Positions 1 to 10,004 are shown, counted from the stretch's first letter. The stretch: DNA of 52,027 bases from Eubacteriales bacterium (GCA_045636205.1 JAZTXE010000042.1:1-52027), one strand, 5' to 3'. Program-made: numbers and translations. The notes: generated by a model from the sequence alone, not told the origin.

Positions 1-130
1 AGCAGATACGGCAAATACCGAAATCGCGTAGATAAGCATGCGGTCTTCCGCATATCTTGCATCTGTTGTAAAAACGGGTTGAGTACTTGGGCTCTTTTTT
101 CTGTTTGAGTACCATTGCTTTCTTAGCCAT
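1..130 (-). CDS. rpsN: 30S ribosomal protein S14, zinc-binding type; truncated by window edge
   Basis: Minus-strand translation [43 protein letters not shown]; CxxC pairs; follows rplE as in the spc operon. Confidence 0.95.
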   Translation of the reverse strand, partial: MAKKAMVLKQKKEPKYSTRFYNRCKICGRPHAYLRDFGICRIC

Positions 131-148
131 AAGTCTTTCCCCTCCTTA

Positions 149-691
149 CTAGTTCTTTGCGAAGGGTGCGCCCATGAGCTCAAGCAGCTCGCGCGCCTCT
201 TCGTCAGTGTTTGCAGTTGTGCAGATTGCAATATCCATGCCGCGGATTTTATCGATTTTATCATAATCGATTTCCGGGAAAATCAACTGCTCCTTAAGAC
301 CGAGAGCATAGTTGCCGCGACCGTCAAAAGCGTTGGGGTTGATTCCGCGGAAGTCACGAACACGCGGCAGAGCCACGTTAAACAGACGATCAAGGAATTC
401 CCACATACGTGATGCACGCAGAGTAACCTTTACGCCTACCGGCATGCCTTCACGAAGCTTAAAGTTTGCAACAGACTTCTTAGCCTTGGTAATTACAGCC
501 TTCTGCCCGGTAATCGCTGAGATGTCCGCTACTACTGCGTCCAGCACTTTTGCGTTTTCACGCGCATCGCCGCAGCCTACGTTAATTACAATCTTGTCAA
601 TTTTCGGAATTTGCATCGGGCTCTTGTATCCGAATTTCTTCATAAGAGCCGGAGCAACATCGTTATTGTACTTATCCTGCATTCTAGGCAT
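149..691 (-). CDS. rplE: 50S ribosomal protein L5
   Basis: [19 protein letters not shown] motifs; start moved to ATG 691 (MPRMQDKY) behind an AGAGGAG RBS. Confidence 0.98.
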   Translation of the reverse strand: MPRMQDKYNNDVAPALMKKFGYKSPMQIPKIDKIVINVGCGDARENAKVLDAVVADISAITGQKAVITKAKKSVANFKLREGMPVGVKVTLRASRMWEFLDRLFNVALPRVRDFRGINPNAFDGRGNYALGLKEQLIFPEIDYDKIDKIRGMDIAICTTANTDEEARELLELMGAPFAKN

Positions 692-707
692 CGTGCTGTC
701 TCCTCTC

Positions 708-1028
708 TTATATTGTTTCGCCGCACTTCTTGCATACACGCACTTTAGATCCGTCTTCCAGGAACTTGTGTGCTGCACGAGTGGGCTCATTGCACTTCGG
801 GCAGATTCTCATGACGTTGGAAACGTGCAGAGCCGCCTCACGACGGATAATGCCGCTCTCCTTGCCGCCGGTCTTCTGACCGCTTACGTGCACGGTTGCA
901 AAGTTAACGCCTTCAACCATAACGCGGTTTTTAGCCGGGTATGCTGCAAGGACTTTGCCTTTTTTGCCTTTGTCCTTGCCGGCGATTACAAGCACCGTAT
1001 CGTTTTTCTTAATGTTCATATTATTCAT
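708..1028 (-). CDS. rplX: 50S ribosomal protein L24
   Basis: [24 protein letters not shown] motif; start at 1028 behind GGAGG; CPKC...CKKC near the C-terminus. Confidence 0.97.
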   Translation of the reverse strand: MNNMNIKKNDTVLVIAGKDKGKKGKVLAAYPAKNRVMVEGVNFATVHVSGQKTGGKESGIIRREAALHVSNVMRICPKCNEPTRAAHKFLEDGSKVRVCKKCGETI

Positions 1029-1042
1029 GCTTTCATCCTCCA

Positions 1043-1411
1043 TTAAAGGACTTCCGGCGCGAGGGACAGGATCTTCATATAGTCCTTGTCACGCAGTTCA
1101 CGTGCAACCGGGCCAAAGATACGAGTTCCTCTCGGGTTCTTGTCTTCTCTAATGATAACCGCTGCGTTTTCATCAAAGCGGATATAGGTGCCGTCATTTC
1201 TGCGAACGCCTTTAGCGCTGCGTACGATTACCGCACGAACTACATCGCCCTTCTTGACAACTCCGCCCGGATTTGCCTTGCGCACGGAAGCGACGATTAC
1301 ATCGCCGATATTGCCGTATCTACGCATGGAGCCGCCGAGCACGCGGATGCACTTAAGCTCTTTAGCGCCGGTATTGTCGGCAACCTTAAGTATGGTTTCC
1401 TGTTGTACCAC
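1043..1411 (-). CDS. rplN: 50S ribosomal protein L14
   Basis: VADNTGAK...[13 protein letters not shown]...SLAPEVL. Confidence 0.99.
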   Translation of the reverse strand: MVQQETILKVADNTGAKELKCIRVLGGSMRRYGNIGDVIVASVRKANPGGVVKKGDVVRAVIVRSAKGVRRNDGTYIRFDENAAVIIREDKNPRGTRIFGPVARELRDKDYMKILSLAPEVL

Positions 1412-1425
1412 AGTGCCCTACCTCC

Positions 1426-1683
1426 TTATTGTGCTTTCTCGATTATCTCGACTAAGCGCCATCTCTTGTCCTTGGACAGCGGGCGAGTCTCCATAACCTT
1501 TACCTTATCACCGATACCACACTCGTTCTTCTCATCATGTGCCTTCAGCTTTAAGGTTGTCTTCATGATTTTCTTATAAAGCGGATGCTGTACACGATCT
1601 TCGATGGCGACAACAATGGTCTTGTCCATCTTGTCGGATACAACTCTTCCGACTCTGGTTTTTCGGAAAGCTCTATCGCTCAT
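1426..1683 (-). CDS. rpsQ: 30S ribosomal protein S17
   Basis: [14 protein letters not shown]...[13 protein letters not shown]. Confidence 0.99.
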   Translation of the reverse strand: MSDRAFRKTRVGRVVSDKMDKTIVVAIEDRVQHPLYKKIMKTTLKLKAHDEKNECGIGDKVKVMETRPLSKDKRWRLVEIIEKAQ

Positions 1684-1736
1684 TGATATCAGAAACCTCC
1701 TTCATCAGCCGCATATGCGGCTTGAAACATTTCAAT

Positions 1737-1940
1737 TTACGCGTTTCCAGCCATTTCACGCTCGCGGATGATCGTCTTGACGCGGGCAATATCCCGCTTG
1801 ACGTCCGCAATTTTTATCGGATTATCCAGCTGGTTGGTCGCATGCTGAAGCCGCAGGTTGAACAGATCCTTCTTCAGATCGTCGAGCTTAACTGTCAGCT
1901 CAGCCGTGTTCATATCACGTACTTCCTTTGCCTTCATCAA
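1737..1940 (-). CDS. rpmC: 50S ribosomal protein L29
   Basis: [27 protein letters not shown]. Confidence 0.98.
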   Translation of the reverse strand: MMKAKEVRDMNTAELTVKLDDLKKDLFNLRLQHATNQLDNPIKIADVKRDIARVKTIIREREMAGNA

Positions 1941-2374
1941 TGATCACCACCTGTCTCGCATACTTGGTCTTCGCGTCTTACGAATTTACACTTCAGCGGG
2001 AGCTTGTGAGATGCAAGACGAAGAGCCTCGCGAGCAAGTTCCTCTGAAACGCCACCGATTTCGAACATAACGCGACCGGGTTTAACTACTGCTACCCAGT
2101 ACTCCGGTGAACCCTTACCGGAACCCATTCGGGTTTCAGCAGGTTTCTCAGTTACCGGCTTATCCGGGAAAATTTTGATCCATACCTGACCGCCACGTTT
2201 GATATAACGAGTCATAGCAATACGAGCAGCCTCGATCTGGTTTGACTTAACCCAAGCGGGTTCTAATGCTACCAGACCAAAATCACCGTAGGAAATTTGA
2301 GTTCCGCGGGAAGCCTTTCCCTTAAGGCGGCCTCTGTGCACTCTACGGTATTTAACTCTCTTCGGCAGAAGCAT
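1937..2374 (-). CDS. rplP: 50S ribosomal protein L16
   Basis: [11 protein letters not shown]...[12 protein letters not shown]. Confidence 0.99.
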   Translation of the reverse strand: MLLPKRVKYRRVHRGRLKGKASRGTQISYGDFGLVALEPAWVKSNQIEAARIAMTRYIKRGGQVWIKIFPDKPVTEKPAETRMGSGKGSPEYWVAVVKPGRVMFEIGGVSEELAREALRLASHKLPLKCKFVRREDQVCETGGDH

Positions 2375-3246
2375 TACTGGTTGCCTCCTTCCTTTTCAGG
2401 CGCAGCTCCAGCTGACGGAGCGCTTGCCGGGCGCGGGCCACGGCTGTTGTTAGTGTTACGCGGAGCGCGGTTTCCATCGCGATTAAATCCACGATTGTCG
2501 CGTCCTGCAGCGCCGCGGTTGTCACGGCGGTCATTGTTGAAACGACGGTTGTCGCGGCGGTCACGGCGATCTTCACGGGGCTTCGGAGCCTCGATTGTGC
2601 GCGGACCACGCTCGCCGGCGCGGAGGATTTCACCCTTGTAGATCCATACCTTTACGCCGATACGGCCGTAAGTGGTTTTTGCCTCAGCAAAACCGTAGTC
2701 GATATCCGCACGCAGAGTCTGCAGCGGAATAGTACCCTCATGGTAATGCTCGCTACGTGCAATTTCTGCACCGCCGAGACGACCTGAAACCGTAATCTTG
2801 ATACCCTTCGCACCCATGCGCATTGCACGACCCATAGCCTGCTTCATTGCACGGCGGAAGGAAATTCTCTTCTCCAGCTGAGATGCGATGCTCTCTGCAA
2901 CCAGCTGTGCGTTCATATCCGGGTTCTTGATCTCAACGATATTGAGTGCAACCGGCTTGCCGATCATCTTCTCAATGCTCAGGCGGATTTTCTCAATCTC
3001 TGAGCCGCCACGTCCGATAACCATTCCCGGGCTCTTGCAGTGCAGGAGCACACGAACCTTGTCATTGGAACGCTCGATTTCGATTTTCGGAATACCTGCG
3101 TTGTACAGCAGTTCCTTGAGATACTTGCGGATATTGTAATCTTCCACTACCAGGTCGCCCACTTTTTCGTCGCGAGCATACCAGCGGGAATCCCAATCTT
3201 TAATCACGCCCACGCGAAGGCCGTGGGGATTAACTTTCTGACCCAT
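2374..3246 (-). CDS. rpsC: 30S ribosomal protein S3 with a long R/D/N-rich C-terminal tail
   Basis: [34 protein letters not shown]. Confidence 0.99.
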   Translation of the reverse strand: MGQKVNPHGLRVGVIKDWDSRWYARDEKVGDLVVEDYNIRKYLKELLYNAGIPKIEIERSNDKVRVLLHCKSPGMVIGRGGSEIEKIRLSIEKMIGKPVALNIVEIKNPDMNAQLVAESIASQLEKRISFRRAMKQAMGRAMRMGAKGIKITVSGRLGGAEIARSEHYHEGTIPLQTLRADIDYGFAEAKTTYGRIGVKVWIYKGEILRAGERGPRTIEAPKPREDRRDRRDNRRFNNDRRDNRGAAGRDNRGFNRDGNRAPRNTNNSRGPRPASAPSAGAAPEKEGGNQ

Positions 3247-3262
3247 AAACTACCTCCTTGCC

Positions 3263-3607
3263 CTATTCCTTCTCAGCTACACACAAGGTGATGTGAGAAG
3301 TTCTCTTGTTGATTCGGAAGGCGCGACCCTGTGCACGCGGCATGACTCTTTTAAGAATCGGCCCCGGGCAAGCGAAAACCTTCGAAACATAAAGCTTCTC
3401 AACATCCATGTTGTGATTAGCTTCTGCATTGGATACCGCGCTCTTTAAGAGCTTTAAGACAAGCTCGGAAGCGGCCTTGGGCGTATGTGCTAAAATTGCG
3501 GTTGCAGTAGCAATGTCCTTACCGCGAATCAAATCTACAACGATTTTGACCTTACGCGGAGAAATGCGTGCATACCGTAAATGTGCTGTTGCTTCCATTA
3601 ACTGCAT
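3263..3607 (-). CDS. rplV: 50S ribosomal protein L22
   Basis: [17 protein letters not shown]...[18 protein letters not shown]. Confidence 0.98.
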   Translation of the reverse strand: MQLMEATAHLRYARISPRKVKIVVDLIRGKDIATATAILAHTPKAASELVLKLLKSAVSNAEANHNMDVEKLYVSKVFACPGPILKRVMPRAQGRAFRINKRTSHITLCVAEKE

Positions 3608-3616
3608 CCTCCCGTC

Positions 3617-3895
3617 TTACTTCGTGTTGGAGGTCTTGCTACCGGAGTGACCTCTGTACGTTCTGGTCGGCGCAAACTCGCCGAGCTTATGACCTACCAT
3701 ATCCTCGGTAACATATACCGGAACATGTTTTCTGCCGTCGTGGACAGCAAAGGTGTGACCAACGAAATCCGGGAAGATTGTAGAAGCTCTTGACCAGGTC
3801 TTGAGCACGTTCTTCTCGCCCTTTTCGTTCATCTCTTTAACCCTCTTCAAAAGCACAGGTGCAACGAAGGGGCCTTTTTTTACACTTCTACTCAT
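3617..3895 (-). CDS. rpsS: 30S ribosomal protein S19
   Basis: KTWSRASTI...[13 protein letters not shown]. Confidence 0.99.
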   Translation of the reverse strand: MSRSVKKGPFVAPVLLKRVKEMNEKGEKNVLKTWSRASTIFPDFVGHTFAVHDGRKHVPVYVTEDMVGHKLGEFAPTRTYRGHSGSKTSNTK

Positions 3896-3923
3896 AATAT
3901 AATTGCCTCCTTACGTAAGTGCT

Positions 3924-4757
3924 TTATTTGCCGTTGCGGCGTCTTACGATGAACTTGTCAGACAAGTTCTTTTTCTTACGAGTCTTATAACCCAGAGTCG
4001 GCTTGCCCCACGGGGTAACCGGACCCGGACGACCGATCGGGCTCTTGCCCTCACCGCCGCCGTGCGGGTGATCACAGGGGTTCATAACAGAACCGCGAAC
4101 TGTCGGGCGGATGCCCATATGACGTTTTCTACCTGCTTTACCAACCTGCACATTTTCGTGATCCAGGTTTGAAACCTGGCCGATGCTTGCCATGCAGTTC
4201 AAACGGAACTTGCGAAGCTCGCCGCTGGGCAGACGAACCAGCGCCATGCCATCTTCCTTAGCCATCAGCTGAGCTGCGTTACCTGCACCGCGAACGAACT
4301 GAGCGCCGCGTCCCGGGTTAAGCTCGATGTTGTGGATGATGGTACCAACCGGAATGCTGGATATCGGAAGTGCGTTGCCAACCTTGATATCAGCAGTCGC
4401 GCTGGAGATAACGGTATCGCCTACAGCCAGACCATTGGGAGCGATGATGTAGCGTTTTTCGCCGTCAGCATACTCAACCAATGCGATGAAAGCGCCGCGG
4501 TTAGGATCGTACTCAATGGTCTTGACCTGAGCAGCTATATCCATCTTGTCACGCTTAAAATCAATAATACGGTATTTGCGCTTGCTGCCGCCGCCGCGAT
4601 GACGAACAGTGATTCGTCCGTAGCTGTTGCGACCTGCATTTTTCTTTAAATTCTCGACTAAGCTCTTCTCAGGCTTGACATTCGAGAGCACGGAGTAATC
4701 CGTGACCGTCATGTTTCTTCTGGAAGGCGTAGTCGGATTAAATGTTTTGATCGCCAT
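3924..4757 (-). CDS. rplB: 50S ribosomal protein L2
   Basis: [20 protein letters not shown]. Confidence 0.99.
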   Translation of the reverse strand: MAIKTFNPTTPSRRNMTVTDYSVLSNVKPEKSLVENLKKNAGRNSYGRITVRHRGGGSKRKYRIIDFKRDKMDIAAQVKTIEYDPNRGAFIALVEYADGEKRYIIAPNGLAVGDTVISSATADIKVGNALPISSIPVGTIIHNIELNPGRGAQFVRGAGNAAQLMAKEDGMALVRLPSGELRKFRLNCMASIGQVSNLDHENVQVGKAGRKRHMGIRPTVRGSVMNPCDHPHGGGEGKSPIGRPGPVTPWGKPTLGYKTRKKKNLSDKFIVRRRNGK

Positions 4758-4814
4758 TGTGCTCTTTTTCCTCCTTTAAGCTGCGGGGGTAATTCCCGCG
4801 CTCAGATTATTCGA

Positions 4815-5108
4815 TTAAACCATGCCCTCAAAGAACTCTATTGTCTTAGACTCTTCGGTCAGGCGGACAACCGCCTTCTTCCAATCCGGACGGAAGCCGC
4901 TGTGGACACCCATGCGCTTTTCCTTACCCGGTACATTCATGGTGTTGATTTTTGCAACCTTAACGCCGAAGATTTCCTCGATAGCCTGACGGATTTCAAT
5001 CTTGTTGGCATCCTTTGCTACCTCAAAAACGTAAACCTTATCGACTACGTTTTCCATGGACTGCTCGGTGATTATAGGTTTCTTAATAATATCGTAAGGT
5101 GACTTCAT
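4815..5108 (-). CDS. rplW: 50S ribosomal protein L23
   Basis: PIITE...ANKIEIRQAIE.IF.VKV...WKKAVV. Confidence 0.98.
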   Translation of the reverse strand: MKSPYDIIKKPIITEQSMENVVDKVYVFEVAKDANKIEIRQAIEEIFGVKVAKINTMNVPGKEKRMGVHSGFRPDWKKAVVRLTEESKTIEFFEGMV

Positions 5109-5731
5109 TATGCAAACACCTCCTGGATCTTCTCGACCGCTGCTTTATCCACAACGAACTTGCCGCTGTTTAAGATGTCGTAAACAGAGAGGATTGTTGC
5201 GGTAGTGGTCTTTACACCCGGGATATTGCGTGCAGACTTAACAATCGTATCACGAACCTCAGGTGTTACAACCAGAGCCTTGCCGGATACCTCAACTGCT
5301 TTAAGAAATGCTGCAAAATCCTTGGTCTTTACATTATCAAGATTCAAGTTCTCGATAACAACGATGTCGCCTGCTGCAGCCTTTGCGCTCAGAGCGCTCT
5401 TAAGTGCAAGGCGGCGATACTTTTTGTTGAGCTGGTATGAATAGCTGCGCGGCTTCGGGCCGAGCGCGATACCGCCGTGTGTCCACTGCGGAGCGCGGAT
5501 GGAGCCCTGACGAGCACGACCGGTGCCCTTCTGTCTCCAAGGCTTAATGCCGCCGCCGGAAACCTCCGCACGTGTCAGGGTGCTCTGTGTGCCCTGACGG
5601 CAATTAGCAAGGTGGCACTTTACAGCTTCGTGCATTGCAACTGCATTCGGGTCAATGCCGAACACGCTCTCTGCAAGCTCGATTTCGCCTACTGCCTTGC
5701 CGGTCATATCATAAACTGTTGCCTTAGGCAT
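5108..5731 (-). CDS. rplD: 50S ribosomal protein L4
   Basis: EVSGGGIKPWRQKGTGRARQGS. Confidence 0.99.
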   Translation of the reverse strand: MPKATVYDMTGKAVGEIELAESVFGIDPNAVAMHEAVKCHLANCRQGTQSTLTRAEVSGGGIKPWRQKGTGRARQGSIRAPQWTHGGIALGPKPRSYSYQLNKKYRRLALKSALSAKAAAGDIVVIENLNLDNVKTKDFAAFLKAVEVSGKALVVTPEVRDTIVKSARNIPGVKTTTATILSVYDILNSGKFVVDKAAVEKIQEVFA

Positions 5732-5765
5732 AGCTTCTTAATCTCCTTTCGCTTGTCTTTGGCTC

Positions 5766-6398
5766 TTATGCCTTAACCGCATCGCGGATAAACACAAGGC
5801 CGCCCTTCGGGCCGGGGATTGCGCCGCGTACTGCGATCATATTGTTTTCCGCGTCAACCTTGACGATTTCAAGGTTCTGAACAGTTACCTGCTCCGCGCC
5901 CATACGGCCGGGGAGGTGCTTGCCCGGGAAAACACGTGACGGATCGGTTGCTGCGCCCATTGAACCTGCGCTGCGGTGAACCGGTCCTACACCGTGAGTG
6001 TGGCACTGCATACGCTGACCATAGCGCTTAACGGTACCTGCGGTGCCTTTACCTTTGCTGGTGCCCACCACGTCGACCTTATCGCCTTCAGCGAATACGT
6101 CTGCCTTGAGTACGTCGCCCACATTCATGGAAGACGCATCGTCATACTTGAACTCCTTGAGAATGCGCTTAGCGGTGATACCCGCTTTTTTCAGATGTCC
6201 GGCTTTGGGCTTGTTGAGCTTGCGCTCTGCAATGTCCTCATAGCCGAGCTGTACCGCTTCGTAACCGTCGCGGTCTGCGGTCTTCTTCATGACCACTGAG
6301 CAGGGACCAGCCTCGATGACAGTTACCGGGATGACCTTGCCCTCAGCGTCGAAGATCTGCGTCATGCCGACCTTTCTGCCGATGATTGCCTTTTGCAT
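5766..6398 (-). CDS. rplC: 50S ribosomal protein L3
   Basis: GRKVGMTQIF...PVTVIEAGPC...GAIPGPKGG. Confidence 0.99.
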   Translation of the reverse strand: MQKAIIGRKVGMTQIFDAEGKVIPVTVIEAGPCSVVMKKTADRDGYEAVQLGYEDIAERKLNKPKAGHLKKAGITAKRILKEFKYDDASSMNVGDVLKADVFAEGDKVDVVGTSKGKGTAGTVKRYGQRMQCHTHGVGPVHRSAGSMGAATDPSRVFPGKHLPGRMGAEQVTVQNLEIVKVDAENNMIAVRGAIPGPKGGLVFIRDAVKA

Positions 6399-6542
6399 CT
6401 ATGTTCCTCCTTTAGGTTATTGGTTGGCACTATCATGCCAACTTGACCCGCCCCACGCCAAACCGAATTCTTTCTCCTTAAACCCCTTTTATACATTTAA
6501 GGTAAGCGACCGGTCGCGGAAGCTGCGGTTCAATTCGTTTTT

Positions 6543-6860
6543 TTACAGTTTGATTTCGATTTCAACACCCGCCGGGAGATCCAGCGCCATGAGCGCCTTC
6601 ACTGCATCAGCAGAGGGCTTTAAAATGTCAATCAAACGCTTGTGGGTGCGGCGCTCAAACTGCTCACGGCTGTCTTTATACTTGTGAACAGCGCGAAGAA
6701 TTGTAACGATTTCCTTTGAAGTAGGAAGCGGAATCGGACCGGACACCTTAGCGTTGTGACGCTTTGCGGTCTCAACAATTCTTTCAGCCGCCTGATCAAT
6801 CAACTGATGATCATATGCTTTGAGTCTGATACGGATCATTTCTTTTGCCATTGTTGCCAT
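6543..6860 (-). CDS. rpsJ: 30S ribosomal protein S10
   Basis: [10 protein letters not shown]...SGPIPLPT...DSREQFE. Confidence 0.99.
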   Translation of the reverse strand: MATMAKEMIRIRLKAYDHQLIDQAAERIVETAKRHNAKVSGPIPLPTSKEIVTILRAVHKYKDSREQFERRTHKRLIDILKPSADAVKALMALDLPAGVEIEIKL

Positions 6861-6869
6861 TGTTTAGGT

Positions 6870-7121
6870 TCCTCCTTAATACGTACGTGAACTTAGTCTG
6901 CGTACGGCGGAAAACTCCACACAACTCCGCCGCGCGTTTCATGCTTACCCATGATAAAAACCGGACTCAGCGAAGGGGACGCTACCATCCGGCTACAACT
7001 GCACGCGCAACAGCTAATGCAAGTTCTCCAGCCGCCCGATTGTCGGACATACTCCACAGAAGTTACCTGCCTTTTAAGCAGCAATCTCCTGTTTCATCGC
7101 ATACTACGCCCATACAGGCGC
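6870..7121 (-). ncRNA. Structured 5' leader of the S10 operon (putative ribosomal protein autoregulatory leader, contains a K-turn)
   Basis: About 260 nt untranslated, GC-rich, between the promoter and rpsJ, with several hairpins (e.g. CGGCGGAG...TTCCGCCG); K-turn pattern at 7049-7102. Confidence 0.7.
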
Positions 7122-7127
7122 CCCATT

Positions 7128-7156
7128 ATCATATAACAAAATCCCCTCAATGTCAA
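7128..7156 (-). promoter_or_regulatory. Sigma-A promoter of the S10 operon
   Basis: TTGACA-N17-TATGAT on the minus strand. Confidence 0.85.
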
Positions 7157-7191
7157 GGGGATTTTTGAAAAAATTTTAATTTTTTTCAATT

Positions 7192-7842
7192 TTATTTTCC
7201 AAACATTTCAATGCACTGTTTTTCATCAAAATCAGCAATGTTTACTTTAGCAATTTTGCGCATCGCTTTATAAATTTTCACCTTGTCACCGCACCACTCG
7301 GCATAGTATTCATTTACCTTAACCCCCAGAACACAGCTTCCCTTGCCAACCAAAAACACCTTGGGAAATACCCTGCGGCATGTACGGTAAAAATCCCATT
7401 GTTCTTTCTTTTCTAAAAACAACTCAGAAACATCGCGTGCATTAAAAAACTGATACCTGCTCGTGAATATGCTCACATCCGGAACAATATTCCCCGTCAA
7501 AATTGCTCTATTGAGCGGTAACCATTCCTCTACATAAAATTTGTAGTACAGTTTCTTAGGATTCTGATTGGTGGGTATTTGATGTATCATACTTCTCTCA
7601 ATAAGCTCAGTCTTTATAACCTTGCCGTACACATACACCCCGGTATCTTCCTTTTTAAACAGACGAGGTGATTGATAAAGCGCAATATACTCGATGGGGA
7701 ATCTTATCTTTAGCACCCACTCCTCAGGAATATGGTAGAATTTATACTTTATATTATAGTCAAGCTGCTTTCGGTTTCTGAGCACGCCCACCATCACATC
7801 ACGCACATCAAAATCGTGCGAGGTTTTATCCATATCACCCAC
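7192..7842 (-). CDS. Hypothetical protein resembling the C-terminal domain of DUF2357/PD-(D/E)XK McrC-like nucleases, without the nuclease core
   Basis: RDVMVGVLRN..QL....YKFYHIP...IEYIALYQS..LF.....G...YG.V pattern recalled from that family; AT-rich. Confidence 0.55.
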   Translation of the reverse strand: MGDMDKTSHDFDVRDVMVGVLRNRKQLDYNIKYKFYHIPEEWVLKIRFPIEYIALYQSPRLFKKEDTGVYVYGKVIKTELIERSMIHQIPTNQNPKKLYYKFYVEEWLPLNRAILTGNIVPDVSIFTSRYQFFNARDVSELFLEKKEQWDFYRTCRRVFPKVFLVGKGSCVLGVKVNEYYAEWCGDKVKIYKAMRKIAKVNIADFDEKQCIEMFGK

Positions 7843-7906
7843 CTCTTTCCCTACGAGAATATTTTACCATAAATTTATTAACTTTCCCATATTATTTATT
7901 TTTTGC

Positions 7907-7957
7907 TTGACAATTATTTTTTTGTGTTTTATACTTTCGTTAGAGAAACGTTTTCCC
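7907..7957 (+). promoter_or_regulatory. Sigma-A promoter followed by a LacI/CcpA-type operator
   Basis: TTGACA(7907)-N17-TATACT(7930); near-palindrome GAGAAACGTTTTCCC (7943-7957) centred on CG just downstream of +1. Confidence 0.7.
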
Positions 7958-8011
7958 AAACTTTTTATTTTTCCTTTTTTACAATCAATATAACAAGGAG
8001 GAGCATAATAT

Positions 8012-8986
8012 ATGAGCGAAAAATCAAATTGCCGCCAAAACTTAAAAACTATGATTATAATCCGCGAGTTTGAACGCGTAATAAAGGACCTGGCAAATCA
8101 AGGTTTTGTTGACGGTGCAGTACACTGCTACACGGGTGAAGAAGCGGTTGCACTCGGTGTATGCTTAAACTTAAACGATGACGACTATGTATTTTCCACA
8201 CACCGAGGCCATGGTCATGCCCTCGCAAAAGGTCTTAACCTTAAAAAAGTTTTTGCTGAGCTTTTCGGAAAGGTAGATGGTGTTTCAAAAGGCATGGGTG
8301 GTTCCATGCATCTATTCGATGTCAATCTCGGCTTCATGGGCGGAAACGGAATAGTCGGTGGCGGAGCTACAATTTCAATCGGTACCGCCTACGCATCAAA
8401 ATATTTAAATGACGGGCGCGTTACCGTCTGTTTCTTCAGCGAAGGCGCATCAAACGAGGGTTGGTGTCACGAAGCGATGAACATGGCATCCCTGTGGAAG
8501 CTCCCAATCATTTTTGCGTGTGAGAATAATCTTTTCGCCGCTACCACTCCTTCGTATAAAACATTATCCGACCCTGACATATACAAGCGCGCTTATGGCT
8601 ATAACATGCCCGGCGTCATGGCTGACGGAAATGACCTTGATGACTGCATTGCAAAGTCAAAAGAAGCTGTTGACCGCGCTCGCGCAGGTGAAGGACCTAC
8701 CTTAATTGAATTTAAAACATATCGCGTCGAAGGTCACTGCCGAGTCATTCAAGACCTGCCCATTTTCAGACCCAAGGACGTTGTTGAAAAATGGGCGGCG
8801 CATGACCCGATAAAAGTCTATTCCGAGAGGCTTATTGAAAACGGCATTCTCACCGCCGATGATGTTTCTGCGGTCTGGGCAGAGGTTGAAGTTGAAATCA
8901 ACGAAGCAATAGATTATGCAAAAGCTGCTCCGGTTCCGGACACTCAGGAATTCTTAAATAAAATCAAGGAGAGATATGCAATATGA
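8012..8986 (+). CDS. TPP-dependent 2-oxoacid/acetoin dehydrogenase E1 alpha subunit (divergent)
   Basis: STHRGHGH, GMGGSMH, NGIVGGG, GPTLIEFKTYR; TPP motif reads SEGASNEG rather than GDGA. Confidence 0.9.
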   Translation: MSEKSNCRQNLKTMIIIREFERVIKDLANQGFVDGAVHCYTGEEAVALGVCLNLNDDDYVFSTHRGHGHALAKGLNLKKVFAELFGKVDGVSKGMGGSMHLFDVNLGFMGGNGIVGGGATISIGTAYASKYLNDGRVTVCFFSEGASNEGWCHEAMNMASLWKLPIIFACENNLFAATTPSYKTLSDPDIYKRAYGYNMPGVMADGNDLDDCIAKSKEAVDRARAGEGPTLIEFKTYRVEGHCRVIQDLPIFRPKDVVEKWAAHDPIKVYSERLIENGILTADDVSAVWAEVEVEINEAIDYAKAAPVPDTQEFLNKIKERYAI

Positions 8987-9960
8987 AAAACTTACATATG
9001 CTTGATGCAATAAACGAAGCTCTCCACGAGGAAATGGAGCGCGACGAAAAAGTATTCGTAATCGCGGAGGATATTGGTGAATACGGCGGCGTATGGTTTG
9101 CCACACGCGGCCTGTACGACAAATTTGGTGCAATGCGCGCAATGGACACTCCGATTTCCGAGGCCGGCTTCACCGGTCTGTGCGTAGGCGCGGCTATGGC
9201 AGGCCTTCGCCCGGTAACCGAGATGATGTACATGGACTTTATCACCGCCTGCATGGACCAGCTTGTAAACCAGGCAGCAAAGGCGGACCTGATGTCCGGT
9301 TGGCAGATGAATATCCCGATGGTTGTAAGAGCTCAGTACGGAATCGGCTCACGAGAAGCCGCTCAGCATTCACAAAGCCTCGAGGGATGGTTCTGCCAAA
9401 TCCCTGGCTTTAAAGTGATAGTTCCGTCAAATGCCTACGATGCAAAGGGACTTTTAAAAACCGCCATACGCGATGACACCCCGTGTATCTTCATGGAAAA
9501 CCGTAATCTGTACTATGATAAAATGCAGCTTCCGGACGAGGAATACACCCTGCCTCTCGGCAAAGCAAACATAGTTGCAGAAGGCAAGGATTTGACCGTT
9601 GTCACCTATGGTGTTGGCGTCAGCGTTTGCCAAAAAGCGATTAAAAATATCCCTGACGCATCTATTGAGCTTATTGATTTACGCACCCTTGTTCCGATGG
9701 ATATGGAAACGGTTATGGAGTCAGTGAAGAAAACCGGCAGACTCTTAGTAGTCCACGAAGCTACTCCCGCATTTTCCGTCGGCGCGGAAATTATACGTCG
9801 TGTGCTTGAGCAAGGCTTTGACTATCTGGATGCCGAGCCGCTCGTATACGGAAATCTCCGCACCGCAGCACCATTTGCAGGAAATTTAGAGGATGCAATC
9901 ATGCTCTCACCGAAAGGCGCAGAAGAAAAAATGCGCTACCTGCTCACCGGAATTATATAA
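8983..9960 (+). CDS. 2-oxoacid/acetoin dehydrogenase E1 beta subunit
   Basis: DTPISEAG, AAQHSQSLE, ELIDLRTL.P.D, SVKKTGRLLVVHEA; start overlaps the end of the alpha gene. Confidence 0.92.
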   Translation: MKNLHMLDAINEALHEEMERDEKVFVIAEDIGEYGGVWFATRGLYDKFGAMRAMDTPISEAGFTGLCVGAAMAGLRPVTEMMYMDFITACMDQLVNQAAKADLMSGWQMNIPMVVRAQYGIGSREAAQHSQSLEGWFCQIPGFKVIVPSNAYDAKGLLKTAIRDDTPCIFMENRNLYYDKMQLPDEEYTLPLGKANIVAEGKDLTVVTYGVGVSVCQKAIKNIPDASIELIDLRTLVPMDMETVMESVKKTGRLLVVHEATPAFSVGAEIIRRVLEQGFDYLDAEPLVYGNLRTAAPFAGNLEDAIMLSPKGAEEKMRYLLTGII

Positions 9961-9966
9961 CATACT

Positions 9967-10004
9967 AAAAGGCATCGACCACCTATCGGTAGTCGATGCC
10001 TTTT
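9967..10004. terminator. Bidirectional intrinsic terminator
   Basis: AAAAGGCATCGAC...GTCGATGCCTTTT between convergent genes. Confidence 0.85.

Noticed and set aside
1-1028. Zinc-ribbon CxxC motifs in S14 and L24
   Set aside because: Common in Clostridia; not unusual
312-1046. 244 aa plus-strand ORF, and similar ORFs opposite other r-protein genes
   Set aside because: Antisense shadows of highly biased rplE/rplX codons; no RBS or recognisable motifs
6845-7168. Small ORFs upstream of rpsJ as possible leader peptides
   Set aside because: No RBS; the region is better explained as the structured RNA leader and promoter
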